DNA of 64,000 bases from the NCBI GenBank assembly GCA_045638805.1, contig JAZUBZ010000034.1, forward strand, positions 7,458 to 71,457, in the 5' to 3' direction. Made by a program: the position numbers and the translations under genes. Under the pieces are notes generated by a model. That model saw only the letters and a list, made by a program, of their open reading frames with translations, was not told the DNA's origin and did not search any database. Below, piece after piece: positions 36,527-46,461 of the stretch. Positions within the stretch are counted from its first letter, which is position 1. The number at the start of each line of letters is the position of its first letter. This stretch comes from Eubacteriales bacterium (GTDB taxonomy: Bacteria; Bacillota; Clostridia; Oscillospirales; CAG-272).

Positions 36527-38773
36527 ATGTATATCAAAGAGTTACATATCGCGGCGTTCGGTCCTATCACGGACAAGACCTTCAAGTTTGACCGCGGTCT
36601 TAATATAATCGAAGGCAATAACGAATCGGGAAAAAGCGCTATTGCCACGTTCATCAAGTTTATTTTCTACGGACTTTCATCCCGTTCTGTTGACGGGCAG
36701 GTTCCCGAAAAAGCGAGATATATAAACTGGTCCCGAGGTATTGCATCAGGTTATGCTGTTTGCGAGATCACGGAGGATGGTAAATCCCGCAACGTGCGAA
36801 TCGAGCGCACGATAACTGCCAAGAACGATGCAGACGGTAAGACTAAATACAGCGAGAAGGCGCGTGTAATCGACAACGATACCTCCATGCCTCTCAGCGT
36901 CAGCGGTCAGCCGGGCGTATTCTTCTTTGGCGTTCCCGAAGGAGTATTCGTAGGAAGCGCTTTTGCTGCTCAGGAGGGAGACATAAAGCCGGACGGTGCT
37001 TCTCTCAAGGATGCAGTTGAAAACATGATCAGTGCTGCTGATGAAAACGTAAACGTCAAGAAGGCGGCCGATATACTTGACCGCGCAAGAATAAAGCTCC
37101 TCCACAAAAACCGCACCGGCGGTGAGATCCGCGACCTTGAAAAGCGTCGCGACGAGATTGAGCTTCGAATGGAAAAATCAAAGGCTACGTCATCCAGTCT
37201 AATAAGAGCGGAGGTGTCTCTTTCGGACGTTAAGCAGAACATTGCAACTGCTGAGGCGCGTCGTGTTGAGCTTGAAGAGGCATCGGCTGCGATCGATGTG
37301 CTTGCAGATGAAGCGAAGATCTTGATGACAGAAGAGCTTAAAGTAAAGCTTTCAGATGCTAAGAATGCGTTGGAGGCAGCCTCATCTCATGCAGACGACG
37401 GGTTTATGTCTGCACTTGCAGTTGCTGTGCGGGATATTGAAAAAGAGGCTAAACTGAAATCAGAGCTTGGTGAAGCTTCAAAGAAATTGGACGGTATGTC
37501 GGTGCCTGTCGACAGAGACCCCGAAGTGGATGCTGAGGCGGCGGCAGTTTATGAAAAGAGTGCATCTCGTCTTTTCACCGTAGGTACGGTACTGCTTGTT
37601 GTAGGATTGCTTGCGATAATCGTTTCTGCCGGTCTGAAATTTCTCTCCAATCCTCTTTTCGTGCCTATTCTTGCAGCTACGGCAGGTCTTGTTGCCGCAG
37701 GTGTGGTAACCATGATCGTATCAAGCATTAAAAGAAAAAAATCTTACAGAATTCTTGATGCGTGGGACGCTGATGATTGTGAAAATTTGTTTGAGATTGC
37801 CGAATCTCTCAGCGATAAATTCCGTGAGGTAGATAGTGTGCGTATTGCACATACGGCTGCGCTTTCAGCCGCAAAGGATGCAGAGGAAGCCCTCACAAAG
37901 CTTGCGTCCTCTGTAGGTATACCATCTGACGGTATACCTACAAACGTGCTTATAAAGCATCTTGCGAAGCACGGTGCAGAAATGTCGCAGAAAAAGAAGT
38001 TACTTGCCTCTGAGGTATCAAATATTGAGGGTCAACTGTCTGCAACACTTGCGTCTATTGCCTCTCTCTCAGCCGAAGAGATCCTTGCAAAGGCAAACGA
38101 CGTAAGGGATACCGAAATCGGTGCTGCAGTAGTTGCTATGACTGACGAGGAGAAAACCGCTATTAAGCGAGAGTTAAACTTTAACAGAACCAAGGCGGAA
38201 GGACTTCGTGACAGAGAGCTTGATCTTGAAAGAGAATGTGCTGCTCTTCGCGCAGTAAGTGTGTCTCCCGCCACCGATGCCGAGGAACTTTGGGAGACAA
38301 AGAACAGGTTAGCGATTCTCCGTAAGACTCACGATGCTCTAATTCTTGCAAGCGAGACTCTTGCGACAGCAGGCGAAAATATCCGTTCATCCGTCGTTCC
38401 GTCTCTTACAACGGAGGCTTCAAGGATTATGTCGACTGCTACAGAAGGGAAGTATAGCTCGATCGGTATATCTCCCTCCTTTGATATGAACTTTAGAGAT
38501 AACATATTCGGGACACTCGAGCTTGACTACCTTTCTGCGGGTACCAAGGATATGGCGTATATTGCCCTGCGTCTTGCTCTTGTTAAAGCTCTTTTCAAGG
38601 TGGATATGACCCCTCCCGTTATTTTCGATGAGAGCCTTTCTTCTCTCGATGAGGGCCGTGTGGCAAATGCTATCCGTATCCTTGAAAATGATGAAGTTCA
38701 GTCATTCCTCTTGACTTGCCGATCTCTCGAGGGTTCACTTGCCGAGAGGGCAACTCTTACGCGCCTTGCATAA
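36527..38773 (+). CDS. SbcC/Rad50-like AAA ATPase (YhaN-like) with long coiled coil interrupted by two hydrophobic helices
   Basis: Walker A GNNESGKSA. C-terminal signature LSAGTKD and Walker B PPVIFDESLSSLD. Hydrophobic pair FTVGTVLLVVGLLAIIVSAGL / LFVPILAATAGLVAAGVVTMIVSSI at about 37570-37735. Confidence 0.75.
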   Translation: MYIKELHIAAFGPITDKTFKFDRGLNIIEGNNESGKSAIATFIKFIFYGLSSRSVDGQVPEKARYINWSRGIASGYAVCEITEDGKSRNVRIERTITAKNDADGKTKYSEKARVIDNDTSMPLSVSGQPGVFFFGVPEGVFVGSAFAAQEGDIKPDGASLKDAVENMISAADENVNVKKAADILDRARIKLLHKNRTGGEIRDLEKRRDEIELRMEKSKATSSSLIRAEVSLSDVKQNIATAEARRVELEEASAAIDVLADEAKILMTEELKVKLSDAKNALEAASSHADDGFMSALAVAVRDIEKEAKLKSELGEASKKLDGMSVPVDRDPEVDAEAAAVYEKSASRLFTVGTVLLVVGLLAIIVSAGLKFLSNPLFVPILAATAGLVAAGVVTMIVSSIKRKKSYRILDAWDADDCENLFEIAESLSDKFREVDSVRIAHTAALSAAKDAEEALTKLASSVGIPSDGIPTNVLIKHLAKHGAEMSQKKKLLASEVSNIEGQLSATLASIASLSAEEILAKANDVRDTEIGAAVVAMTDEEKTAIKRELNFNRTKAEGLRDRELDLERECAALRAVSVSPATDAEELWETKNRLAILRKTHDALILASETLATAGENIRSSVVPSLTTEASRIMSTATEGKYSSIGISPSFDMNFRDNIFGTLELDYLSAGTKDMAYIALRLALVKALFKVDMTPPVIFDESLSSLDEGRVANAIRILENDEVQSFLLTCRSLEGSLAERATLTRLA

Positions 38774-38841
38774 GGTTATGAAATAACGCTGCAGGTTTAT
38801 TAAACTCCTTTTATATTGACGTTGACCGAAAGGAGGTCGTT

Positions 38842-40200
38842 ATGAACAAGAAGAATAATGTTCCGTTTTTCGATAAAGAGTATTTGACAAAGATCGGTCT
38901 TTATGTTGCGGCTACGGTGCTTGCCATAGGTGCTATCATTTACATCGGCTTTCACCTTTCGGGTAATATGAAGGAACAGATATCGGTTATGTATGCGCGA
39001 AGCGAGACTGTATCGGAAAGCGTTTCAGGTCAGGCGTTTATTATCAGAGACGAGTATTCCATAGACGGGGCAGTTGACGGATATTTGTCTCCTGTTGTAC
39101 CTGACGGGGCAAAGGTTATCGTAGGACAGCGAGTAGCAGATGTATACAGTTCAGCTTCCGTGCAGACTCAGGCAAAGATAAATCTTCTTGAAGATCAGAT
39201 ATCATTTTATCAGAAGTGTATCGATAACCATCTTTCCGTGGGAGATTCTTCTGCGGTAAGCAAACAGCTTGCATCCGATGTGCTCTCTCTCAGACGTCAG
39301 AGCGTAAACGGAGACTTCAAGGGGGCTGTGTCTCTCAAATCGTCCCTTGCCTTGGATATTCGCCGTCTCGGTGTACTGACGGGCAAAGTTACCGATTTTT
39401 CAGGTAGGATCGCATCCCTCACTTCAGAGCTAAACACTCTCCGCGCAGGTATGGGACAAATAACGGGTACGGTATATGCGCCCTCTTCCGGATACTACTT
39501 CTCCTACACAGATGGATACGAAAACGTGTTTTCTTCTGCCGATATCGACAGTGTTACCTATTCGGATATTATAAGCATGATTGACGAGGCGGTAGCAAAG
39601 GATATTGATCCGGAAAAACGGTCCGCAGGCAAGATCGTCGGTAGCTTCAAATGGTACGTTGCATGTAAGATGTCTGCATCCGATACAGCGTACTACAGTG
39701 AAAAGAAGTATTACGATATGGTGTTGAAGAACAACGCATCCACACCTGTTTCAATGAAGCTTGACAGGGTACTTACCAACGGTACAGATGCGGTGGCACT
39801 GTTTGAATGCTCTGTTATGCCTGAGGGGTTCGATTATTCGAGAAGCCAGAGCTATGAAGTTGTTCACAATAAAGTTGAAGGATATAAGATACCCATATCC
39901 GCTGTAAGAATACATGACGGCTTTGAGGGCGTATTTATTCTTGACGAGGTTACGGTAAAATTCCGTAGGATATCCGTTATAGACAGCGAGAACGGGTACG
40001 TGCTTTGTCGACTTGCATCCGATGTTCCCGCGGAGGAAAAGGGTGATGTTCCGACGGATGAAACGGGTACGGAGACCTCAGCACCCGAGACGGGTACTGA
40101 TACAGAGACGAATGAACCGTACTATCCTTTTCTTCAGGAAAACGATATAGTTATTAAAGTAGGTACTGGTCTTCACGTAGGTATGACCTACGAGCCGTAA
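38842..40200 (+). CDS. Membrane-anchored protein, possibly HlyD-like (barrel-sandwich + coiled coil); function unknown
   Basis: Strong RBS AAAGGAGG. One N-terminal TM (IGLYVAATVLAIGAIIYIGF). G.AFIIRDE........G........DG..V..GQ..A motifs resemble adaptor-type lipoyl-like domains. The product call is weak. Confidence 0.45.
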   Translation: MNKKNNVPFFDKEYLTKIGLYVAATVLAIGAIIYIGFHLSGNMKEQISVMYARSETVSESVSGQAFIIRDEYSIDGAVDGYLSPVVPDGAKVIVGQRVADVYSSASVQTQAKINLLEDQISFYQKCIDNHLSVGDSSAVSKQLASDVLSLRRQSVNGDFKGAVSLKSSLALDIRRLGVLTGKVTDFSGRIASLTSELNTLRAGMGQITGTVYAPSSGYYFSYTDGYENVFSSADIDSVTYSDIISMIDEAVAKDIDPEKRSAGKIVGSFKWYVACKMSASDTAYYSEKKYYDMVLKNNASTPVSMKLDRVLTNGTDAVALFECSVMPEGFDYSRSQSYEVVHNKVEGYKIPISAVRIHDGFEGVFILDEVTVKFRRISVIDSENGYVLCRLASDVPAEEKGDVPTDETGTETSAPETGTDTETNEPYYPFLQENDIVIKVGTGLHVGMTYEP

Positions 40201-40371
40201 AACGACATAAAACAATGAGCCGAAGGAATTCCTTCGGCTCATTTTGCGTATCAAAATTGTAGGGGTGTGGGCCTCTCAAGCCGTTTAGTACTTGTGGTAA
40301 TGTGTAAAAAATATACCTAACATTTACTTTTGAAACAAAATGTGATATAATAAATCAGAGGCGGTGATTTT

Positions 40372-41727
40372 GTGGTCTTTAAAGAAGAGTTACATTGGAT
40401 TCTTGATGAAAAGCAGAAGCAATTTTGCGAAAAAGAATATCAAATAAACATTGACTTTGTACATTCGCTCGGCAAGAAATGTGATTGTGTTGGGTGGAGC
40501 TTGTTGAAAATGGATGAACCCGATGCTGATTTTGTTCTTGACGAAATAAAAGCTTTTTGCAAGAAAAACGGATGGACTGCTCGTGGATGGTATAAACGGA
40601 GCTATCCTGAAATCACAAGTGATTGGTTTGAATTAAAAACAAGTTGTTTTAAAGAAGCAACTTTTTGTGATAGAACCATTGTTTCAAGTGATAACGGCGA
40701 AGAATTGTATCTTGATGTAATCCGTGCATATCACGAATTATCACGTTCGCCTAAAGAGATACTTGAGATATGTGTTTCCGAGCGTTTCAGAAACGTTTGC
40801 ATAAAGCACAATATTGAAGGGGTAGATTTTTGTTGGGTTCAGGACAAAGGTAAATACGAATCCGAGCAATGGTTCCATATTTATCCGCAAAGGCAAATTG
40901 CCCGTATTGGGTGTGATCGTGATTTAAAAAAGACCGATATATTCAAGATCGAAGCATTGGGAGGCTCTTTGCCTAAAATAGCTTCTATATTTCATGAACT
41001 GCAACACATTGAACTCCAAAATTGTTATTTGGCGGAAGATATGCCGAGCGGCGGAATCGCTTATGTTTATTGTCCTAGGACAGATACTTACTGCGGAAGA
41101 AAGAAAATATTAATACATAAGGATACTGCTCAACTATTGATTTCTGAAAAAGCTCTTTCTCAGGCAGACTTACAGCCTGCTTGTGTTTTGACCCGGGTTC
41201 CAAATGGATACACGCTTGATAAAACAACGAAAAGACCAAAGCCGTCAGAAGAATATATCAGGCAGAGTTTAGTTTCTTATGAGAAAATAAAACGTTCAAA
41301 TCGTCCTGCACGTAACATAAGTGAAAAAGATGCACTTAAAGTTTTGCGAAAGGTTAAAAGTGACCGTAAAGAGGATTTTCAAAAGAGAATCTGCAAGGCA
41401 TTGGTGGAATCAGTAACTGATGTTGAGTATGAATTGCTTCTGCCTTATTATAAAATAGCAAATGGCGGCTTTATTTCTGATGAGTATGTACTGCTATCAT
41501 ACGAAAAATCCTTAGCTTCTACAAAAGAATTTTTTGATGAGTTAAAAAAAGAAGAGCTACTAGAGGAAATACCTGAGGGTAAAGTGTTTGCTACATGTGC
41601 GGATGGCGATGTTGTTATTGTAACCAAGCAAGGTGCAGTGTTGCGATTTGGACACGAAGCACCTGAAATCATCAACGATTGGAAGACACTTGCACAATTC
41701 TTTTTTGACGCAATCAACGAAGGTTAA
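40372..41727 (+). CDS. Hypothetical protein with C-terminal SMI1/KNR4 (SUKH)-like domain; immunity-protein-like
   Basis: C-terminus ...LLLPYYKIANGGFISDEYVLLS.....EIPEGKVFATCADGDVVIVTKQGAVLRFGHE... fits the SUKH pattern. AT-rich. GTG start after GAGGCGGTG. Confidence 0.5.
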   Translation: MVFKEELHWILDEKQKQFCEKEYQINIDFVHSLGKKCDCVGWSLLKMDEPDADFVLDEIKAFCKKNGWTARGWYKRSYPEITSDWFELKTSCFKEATFCDRTIVSSDNGEELYLDVIRAYHELSRSPKEILEICVSERFRNVCIKHNIEGVDFCWVQDKGKYESEQWFHIYPQRQIARIGCDRDLKKTDIFKIEALGGSLPKIASIFHELQHIELQNCYLAEDMPSGGIAYVYCPRTDTYCGRKKILIHKDTAQLLISEKALSQADLQPACVLTRVPNGYTLDKTTKRPKPSEEYIRQSLVSYEKIKRSNRPARNISEKDALKVLRKVKSDRKEDFQKRICKALVESVTDVEYELLLPYYKIANGGFISDEYVLLSYEKSLASTKEFFDELKKEELLEEIPEGKVFATCADGDVVIVTKQGAVLRFGHEAPEIINDWKTLAQFFFDAINEG

Positions 41728-41736
41728 TAGCACACA

Positions 41737-41764
41737 AAAGCGGAGTGATTTCACTCCGCTTTTG
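41737..41764 (+). terminator. Terminator after the SUKH-like gene
   Basis: AGCGGAGTG-ATTT-CACTCCGCT followed by TTTGC. Confidence 0.75.
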
Positions 41765-41856
41765 CAATGTATGTTTGAAATGTGTTATCATAACACAAGC
41801 ATCAATGCGATGCATGATACATGTGGATATCATGTATATTACGTATTACAAGAAAC

Positions 41857-41982
41857 GTAGGGCGGGAGATCCCTTACGCCGTTTTGCTCGGTATGGTATT
41901 ACGGCAGGAGTAAACCCCTGCCCTACAATAAATAACGTACACCTTGACCCACTAAGCGGCAGTATACAGTGCTCCCCTACAG
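41857..41982. repeat. Three GTAGGG-headed REP-like units (one on the plus strand, two on the minus)
   Basis: GTAGGGCGGGAGATCCC (41857, +). TGTAGGGCAGGGGTTTACTCCTGCCGT (reverse complement of 41901-41927, hairpin GGCAGG/CCTGCC). CTGTAGGGGAGCACTG (reverse complement of about 41967-41982). Confidence 0.6.
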
Positions 41983-42007
41983 AAAAAAGAGAGGGTACGG
42001 TAACAGC

Positions 42008-42038
42008 AAAAATACCGCAGGTTTTCCTGCGGTATTTT
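42008..42038. terminator. Bidirectional terminator (serves the zinc-ribbon gene on the minus strand)
   Basis: AAAATACCGCAGG-TTTT-CCTGCGGTATTTT. Confidence 0.8.
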
Positions 42039-42104
42039 GGTTGAAACAAGTTATTATTCGTTTTGGTTCACGAGCCTAAATTGCTTCCATAGAATGCAAT
42101 AAAA

Positions 42105-42383
42105 TTACTGCTGACCCTTCATCTCTGCAAAGCAATCGCTGCAGTATACAGGTCTGTCACTGTTGGGCTGGAAAGGAACTTTAGCTTCCTTGCCGCACTT
42201 GTGGCATACTGTTGTAAACATTTCTCTGGGTTCGCGTGTTGCATTCTTGCGTGCATCGCGGCAAGCCTTGCATCTCTGGGGCTCATTCTGGAAGCCCTTC
42301 TCTGCGTAAAATTCCTGCTCGCCTGCTGTGAATACGAAATCGTTGCCGCATTCCTTGCACTTAAGGGTCTTGTCCTGGTACAT
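42105..42383 (-). CDS. Small zinc-ribbon protein (CxxC...CxxC x2)
   Basis: 92 aa with CKECG...CKAC and CHKCG...CSDC pairs. RBS GAGGGA. Confidence 0.75.
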   Translation of the reverse strand: MYQDKTLKCKECGNDFVFTAGEQEFYAEKGFQNEPQRCKACRDARKNATREPREMFTTVCHKCGKEAKVPFQPNSDRPVYCSDCFAEMKGQQ

Positions 42384-42522
42384 CTTGTGTTCCCTCGCTT
42401 TAAAAATATGGAAAAAATTTCTGCCCTCGGCGGAATCAAACCGCCACCTTTGAAACCAACGCTCTTACATTAAGCTATACGGGCATATATATACACGGCT
42501 CCTGCCGTAGTATTCGTAGTAT

Positions 42523-43104
42523 CTACCGCTTCAGCTTTACCCTTATGCGGTATAATGCGTTATTGACAGACCTTATGCTTCGGCCAAGCTCCTCTGCGAT
42601 AGTGGGGATCTTCTTTCCTTCTGCATAAGCTTTGAGAACCTTCTCTTCATAACGGGAAAGTTCATCGCCTTCGTTGCGAAGTATTTCCTCCAGTGCGAGC
42701 TTCATCGTCGCATCCGGAATGTCGTCGCGCACTGATCTGGTATCGTCAAGAGAAGCGCGTCTGATCCTGTCGCTTCGTCTTTTTTTTGCGCTGAGTCTTC
42801 GATACTCAGACGTTAATGCATTTCTCATGCAGATCTTGGCAAAAAGTCCAAACGTAACCTTTTCTCCTACGCCGTCCGGATCGTAGCTGAGACTTGCACG
42901 GTAAAGGGCAAGTCTGGCTTCCTGTCGTAAATCATCAACAGCATCCCCCGGAGATACGATACCCGACCTTCCAAGATATTCTGCTGTACTTAGAGCGACG
43001 GAATCAATGAGAGAGGAGTAGTTCTCCGTAAGCGTATGGAAGGCCAATTCATCTCCGTTCTTGATCCGAGCCAACAGTTCAAGTGTTGTTTTATCTGTAC
43101 TCAA
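42523..43104 (-). CDS. Sigma-70-family RNA polymerase sigma factor (region 2 + region 4 only)
   Basis: Region-2-like ...AFHTLTENYSSLIDSVA...DDLRQEARLALYRA. Region-4 HTH IPTIAEELGRSIRSVNNALYRIRVKL. TTG start with a weak RBS. Confidence 0.7.
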   Translation of the reverse strand: MSTDKTTLELLARIKNGDELAFHTLTENYSSLIDSVALSTAEYLGRSGIVSPGDAVDDLRQEARLALYRASLSYDPDGVGEKVTFGLFAKICMRNALTSEYRRLSAKKRRSDRIRRASLDDTRSVRDDIPDATMKLALEEILRNEGDELSRYEEKVLKAYAEGKKIPTIAEELGRSIRSVNNALYRIRVKLKR

Positions 43105-43274
43105 TTCTTATCTACCGGTAAATTTACCTTCTATGTAACGTCCTTGTAACGTGGTCTTAAACAATTATACCACTAAATTACAATTCCGTCAATAGTTTTT
43201 TAAAAAATATGCAGTAAAGTCTATAATAATTTCCGCGTTTTCTTCTTTTTATTGTTCTTTTTCGACAAAGTGTA

Positions 43275-43946
43275 TCACTCTTCGAATAAATAGTTTACGT
43301 TACCTGTGAGAAGAGCTACGATTCCTCTCATTACCACGTCGGGCTTTTCATCGAAATTAAGTCTCATTCGGTTGAGCTGATGAACTGTGTCTGCACGAAC
43401 TGCCAGATCAAGAGAAATGCCTTCTTTGTCTTTTATGGAGCATTTGAATATGAAATTTTCACCGCTTCTCTCAAAGGTCTGGTCACAGACGGCTCCTCTT
43501 TTTTCAAGAGAGAGGTGTCGCATTGCACTGATATAGCTTTTTTCTCTGACAGCGGACATAAGAATGTTTTCGGAAAGGTTACGTGCTATCAGTTTACCTG
43601 TGTCGGAAACGACGTAGGTCTTGTTTTTATCTGCAAGATCGTCACCTGTAGGACGCTTATATCTGATCTCACCGGCGAGACCGTCAGCGCGTTCGTCGTC
43701 TAAGCTGTTATGTGAAGAAGATTCGCAGGGAATACCTGGCAGGGGATTACCTTCCTCGTCGGACTCGGCAATATGACCCGCTTCAACAAGCTCACAGAAA
43801 TATTCGCAGTATGCGAAGTAGTCAACAACTCCGTCGCGGATAATGATAGTACCTAAGTCGGAATAGCTGAGTGGGTAGCCTATTCTGTCAAGCAGATACA
43901 GAATAAATATTTTTATCTCTTCCGAGCTTTTAAGCGTCATTTTCAT
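43275..43946 (-). CDS. DUF4364-like winged-helix protein
   Basis: The N-terminus KIFILYLLDRIGYPLSYSDLGTIIIRDGVVDYFAYCEYFCELVEAGHI resembles the DUF4364 pattern. Confidence 0.55.
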   Translation of the reverse strand: MKMTLKSSEEIKIFILYLLDRIGYPLSYSDLGTIIIRDGVVDYFAYCEYFCELVEAGHIAESDEEGNPLPGIPCESSSHNSLDDERADGLAGEIRYKRPTGDDLADKNKTYVVSDTGKLIARNLSENILMSAVREKSYISAMRHLSLEKRGAVCDQTFERSGENFIFKCSIKDKEGISLDLAVRADTVHQLNRMRLNFDEKPDVVMRGIVALLTGNVNYLFEE

Positions 43947-44095
43947 GGTGTGATTCCTTTCGTTTTACGGGGATGTATCAGATATGTTTCAACCAAGTCT
44001 TATATGTTGGAAAGTAGGATACAGGGAAAGACAAGGCTCCCGACGTCTGTACGGAAGCCTTGCGATGATTTATAATTTATTCTGTTGAAGAGAGA

Positions 44096-45883
44096 TTATT
44101 CTTCGGAAGCCTTAGTCTCAGCTTCTGCATCTTCATCAGGCTTATAGTCCATGTAGTTCTTCATCTTTACGCGCTTGAAATCGGTTACGCCGTAGTAATC
44201 GGTGTCGAAGCCGGAGAGAAGCTTGGACTTAATGTAAGCAGACTGAAGTGTAACGAGAGGACAAATAGGCATTTCGTCAAGAAGCATTTTCTCAGCCTCG
44301 TGAAGAGCAGCAGCTCTGTCAGCAGCGGTCTCAGCCGCAACTGCTTTCTCGATGATCTCAAGATACTTATCGTTGTCAAAGCCTGTCACGTGAGGATAGT
44401 AGGGGTAATTCTTTTCAGCATCCATATCGATACCATTGCCTGAGAAGTCAGCGGCAAACTGTGCAAGAACACCGAAAGCATCGGGGGATGCCATTGTCAT
44501 ATCAACAGCGATAACGTCGAAGTCACCGTTTGCATATGCTTCGTCAAATTCGTCTACAACGTATTCCGTTACAGACTTTGTTGCGGGGTCAAGACCTGTT
44601 TCAGCTCTTGTTCCGGTCTTTTCAACCTTAACCTTGAAGCCCAGCTTGCCCCAAACCTCTGCGGCGTACTCAGCCACAGCAATGTCAGCCTCGTTGTCGC
44701 GTACTGTGATAGAGAAGCTGCCCTTTGCGTTGCCGATGAGCTTCTTAGCCTCGTCTACGTTAGCAGAAGACTCAATGAGCTTACCGCCTTCCTTTCTGAA
44801 GGAAGTCTTGTAGCTTGTGTCGAATGCACCTTCGGGAACAACACCCTCTGCAGCCTCAGCAAATGTGAGGATCTCAGCGATCGCATCACGATCGAGAGCG
44901 AGAGAAAGTCCGCGGCGAACGTCAGCATCGTCGAAAGGAGCCTTTGTTGTGTTGAAGTAGAAGGACATGGTAGACATCATGTCAGAAACCTCTGCCTTCT
45001 TTGCATAGTTGGCACGCTCGTCAAGGGGAAGGTTTCCAAGGTAGAATACGCCCTCTTCGTCCATAGCCTTAAGCTGATCTGCAAGCTTTACGCTGTGGTC
45101 TGTTACAAGTCTGTAGGGGATAACATATGTATCGAGGTATTCGTTAGCCTCAGTGTCGCGGTAGTAGTAGCTGGAACGCTCAAGTCTGATCTCGCCGTTT
45201 TCAGCAGCAGCCTTTACAGCGAAGGGACCGTTGGAGATAACAGCGTTGGTAACGGAAGACCAGGACTCACCGTATCTTGCGAGAACATCCTCGCGGAGAG
45301 GAACGAGAGCGATAGATGAGAGATTTGTGAAGAATCTGTCGATATCAACATTGTCGTTCTCGAAAGTAACCTTAAGAGTATATGTATCAACTGCGGATAC
45401 GCCGAGGTCGTCAACGGAAACGTCGCCGAGGTTGATGGCACGCGCATTCTTGATATCATAAAGGAGAGAAGCGGCTTCGCCCTTGTTGTTTGTGTCAACA
45501 AGTCTCTTCCATGAGGTAACGAAGTCACCTGCCTGAACGGGACGGCCGTCAGTCCATTTGGAAGACTTAAGCTCGATGGTGATGGAGTAACCGTCACGGT
45601 CGTCGGGGTTAACGGTGTAGCTATCCATCATAGCCTTTTCCCACTTACCCTTGGAGTTGAGCTTTGTGAGACCTTCAAAAAGGAGGTGAAGGATCTTGAG
45701 CTTCGCGTCATCGTTAACGGGCTGCTGGGGGTCAAAGTCGTATACTTCGTCCGTCAGGTACATATTAATAACAGCACCGCGGTCTAAGTTACCTTCTGCA
45801 TCCTTCTCAAGAGTCGTGCCGCAACTCACAAGAGTGGCAGACAGAAGAACAACAGCTAAGGTGAGGGCGAGTAATTTTTTCAT
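44096..45883 (-). CDS. ABC-transporter substrate-binding lipoprotein, family 5 (peptide/oligopeptide-type)
   Basis: MKKLLALTLAVVLLSATLVSCG lipobox after GGAGG. About 595 aa with the typical SBP_bac_5 layout. No permease or ATPase genes are adjacent. Confidence 0.75.
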   Translation of the reverse strand: MKKLLALTLAVVLLSATLVSCGTTLEKDAEGNLDRGAVINMYLTDEVYDFDPQQPVNDDAKLKILHLLFEGLTKLNSKGKWEKAMMDSYTVNPDDRDGYSITIELKSSKWTDGRPVQAGDFVTSWKRLVDTNNKGEAASLLYDIKNARAINLGDVSVDDLGVSAVDTYTLKVTFENDNVDIDRFFTNLSSIALVPLREDVLARYGESWSSVTNAVISNGPFAVKAAAENGEIRLERSSYYYRDTEANEYLDTYVIPYRLVTDHSVKLADQLKAMDEEGVFYLGNLPLDERANYAKKAEVSDMMSTMSFYFNTTKAPFDDADVRRGLSLALDRDAIAEILTFAEAAEGVVPEGAFDTSYKTSFRKEGGKLIESSANVDEAKKLIGNAKGSFSITVRDNEADIAVAEYAAEVWGKLGFKVKVEKTGTRAETGLDPATKSVTEYVVDEFDEAYANGDFDVIAVDMTMASPDAFGVLAQFAADFSGNGIDMDAEKNYPYYPHVTGFDNDKYLEIIEKAVAAETAADRAAALHEAEKMLLDEMPICPLVTLQSAYIKSKLLSGFDTDYYGVTDFKRVKMKNYMDYKPDEDAEAETKASEE

Positions 45884-46461
45884 GGGAAGAACCTCCGTAA
45901 GATGGTTTTCGTTCAAACATCCGACGTGGAGTCGGTATGTAATAACTTATTGTATGAATACTCAGAAAGTGCTTACTCTGGATTCCATTATATTATACCA
46001 CTTTTTTGTCCGATAATCAATATTACTTTTTCCACCTCGGAATTTTCATAAGCTTGCACAATTTATACGTCTTTTTTTGTGCAATTTTTACCGTGAGTAT
46101 GTTATTATCGAGAGTTACACCACAATATACTGTACTATTTTAACGAATGTCTTGTATCTTTTGCAGTCTTCCTACGCCTTTGACGGCTGAATTTAACTAC
46201 CATAGTAATAATATTGTCCCATGCGATAAATTTATAAAAACTTATGCATACAAGGTGAGATTGTTTTCTTGACAGTTTAAGAACTTATGTGATAGAATAT
46301 AGGCATCTTGAATATGTAAGCTTAACGCTAAAAAGAAAAACTTGATGTAAAGTGAAGATGCGGCTGAAAATTGTATTGTTTATTTATATATGAACAATTA
46401 TTCGGCTGTTGCTCTTAATGACAATTATACTTTTCTACTTCAAAAATACAAGGAGGTCTTT

